Positions 63,851-64,000 of a stretch of DNA of 64,000 nt are shown here, piece after piece (the first letter of the stretch is position 1; every line of letters begins with the position of its first letter). The notes under the pieces were generated by a model. That model searched no databases and was not told where the DNA came from. It saw nothing but the letters and a program-made list of their open reading frames with translations. The stretch lies in the NCBI GenBank assembly GCA_964016885.1, contig OZ024740.1:389794001-389858000 (forward strand), in the 5' to 3' direction. The position numbers were made by a program, and so were the translations under genes. The DNA comes from Eledone cirrhosa (Eukaryota).

Positions 63851-64000
63851 GTCGGAGTTAGAACCTCTATTTATTCATGTTCTGTCGGAGTTAGAACCTC
63901 TATTTATTCAATATCTGTCGCAGTTAGAACCTCTTGTCGGAGTCAGAACCTCTATTTATTCATGTTCAGTCGGAGTCAGAACCTCTATTTATTCATGTTC

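Larger units (their letters stand above)
1..64000. repeat. 33-bp tandem repeat (satellite DNA) array, consensus GTCGGAGTTAGAACCTCTATTTATTCATGTTCT, running off both window ends
   Basis: The monomer is readable head-to-tail from base 1 to the last line. Most units differ from the consensus by 0-3 substitutions, concentrated at monomer positions 1 (G/T/A), 5 (G/C), 9 (T/C/G/A), 15 (C/A) and 19 (A/G). No non-repeat sequence was seen. Confidence 0.99.

Noticed and set aside
1-64000. CRISPR array (33-bp period with dyad symmetry)
   Set aside because: Repeats are directly adjacent with no unique spacers, and there is no leader or cas gene.
1-64000. Diversity-generating or antigenic-variation cassette system, or a deliberate code in the monomer variants
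   Set aside because: No recombinase, reverse transcriptase, expression site or template/variable pair is present. Ordinary duplication and conversion explain the variant order.
1-64000. Sequencing noise or a wholly artefactual array
   Set aside because: Rare variants recur in identical order in copies kilobases apart and are mostly substitutions or fixed-size indels, which random error would not produce. The exact copy number of near-identical blocks still needs read support.
1-64000. Telomeric repeat, tRNA/5S/spliced-leader gene array or transposon termini
   Set aside because: There is no G-rich telomerase-type motif, the monomer is too short and lacks Pol III boxes or a cloverleaf, and no terminal repeats or target-site duplications are visible.
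1-64000. Phased A-tract curvature or a nucleosome-length higher-order period
   Set aside because: The consensus has no A or T run of four or more, and the observed periods (150 to about 7,300 bp) share no common nucleosomal multiple that I could detect.

Overview
The whole 64-kb window is one uninterrupted, single-orientation tandem array (satellite or very long minisatellite) of a 33-bp monomer. The consensus is GTCGGAGTTAGAACCTCTATTTATTCATGTTCT (36% GC, T-rich on the + strand), with about 2,000 units by simple division. I saw no unique sequence, gene, RNA gene, transposon, CRISPR spacer or large inversion. Every ORF in the track is a by-product of the 33-bp (11-codon) period, reading LSELEPLFIHV or SVGVRTSIYSC. 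The interest lies in the internal organisation: (i) a recurrent 19-bp truncated monomer plus 18, 20, 31, 32 and 34-bp variants; (ii) fixed short runs of variant monomers reused across the array; (iii) nested duplications of 150 bp to about 7 kb whose order can partly be read from the sequence; (iv) zones with their own marker variants; (v) multi-base variants that create perfect palindromes, suggesting templated mutation. The organism cannot be identified from the sequence, although the architecture is typical of eukaryotic satellite DNA. I cannot support a claim of a new gene system here. Duplication offsets were measured by eye from marker variants, and block boundaries are approximate to a few monomers.
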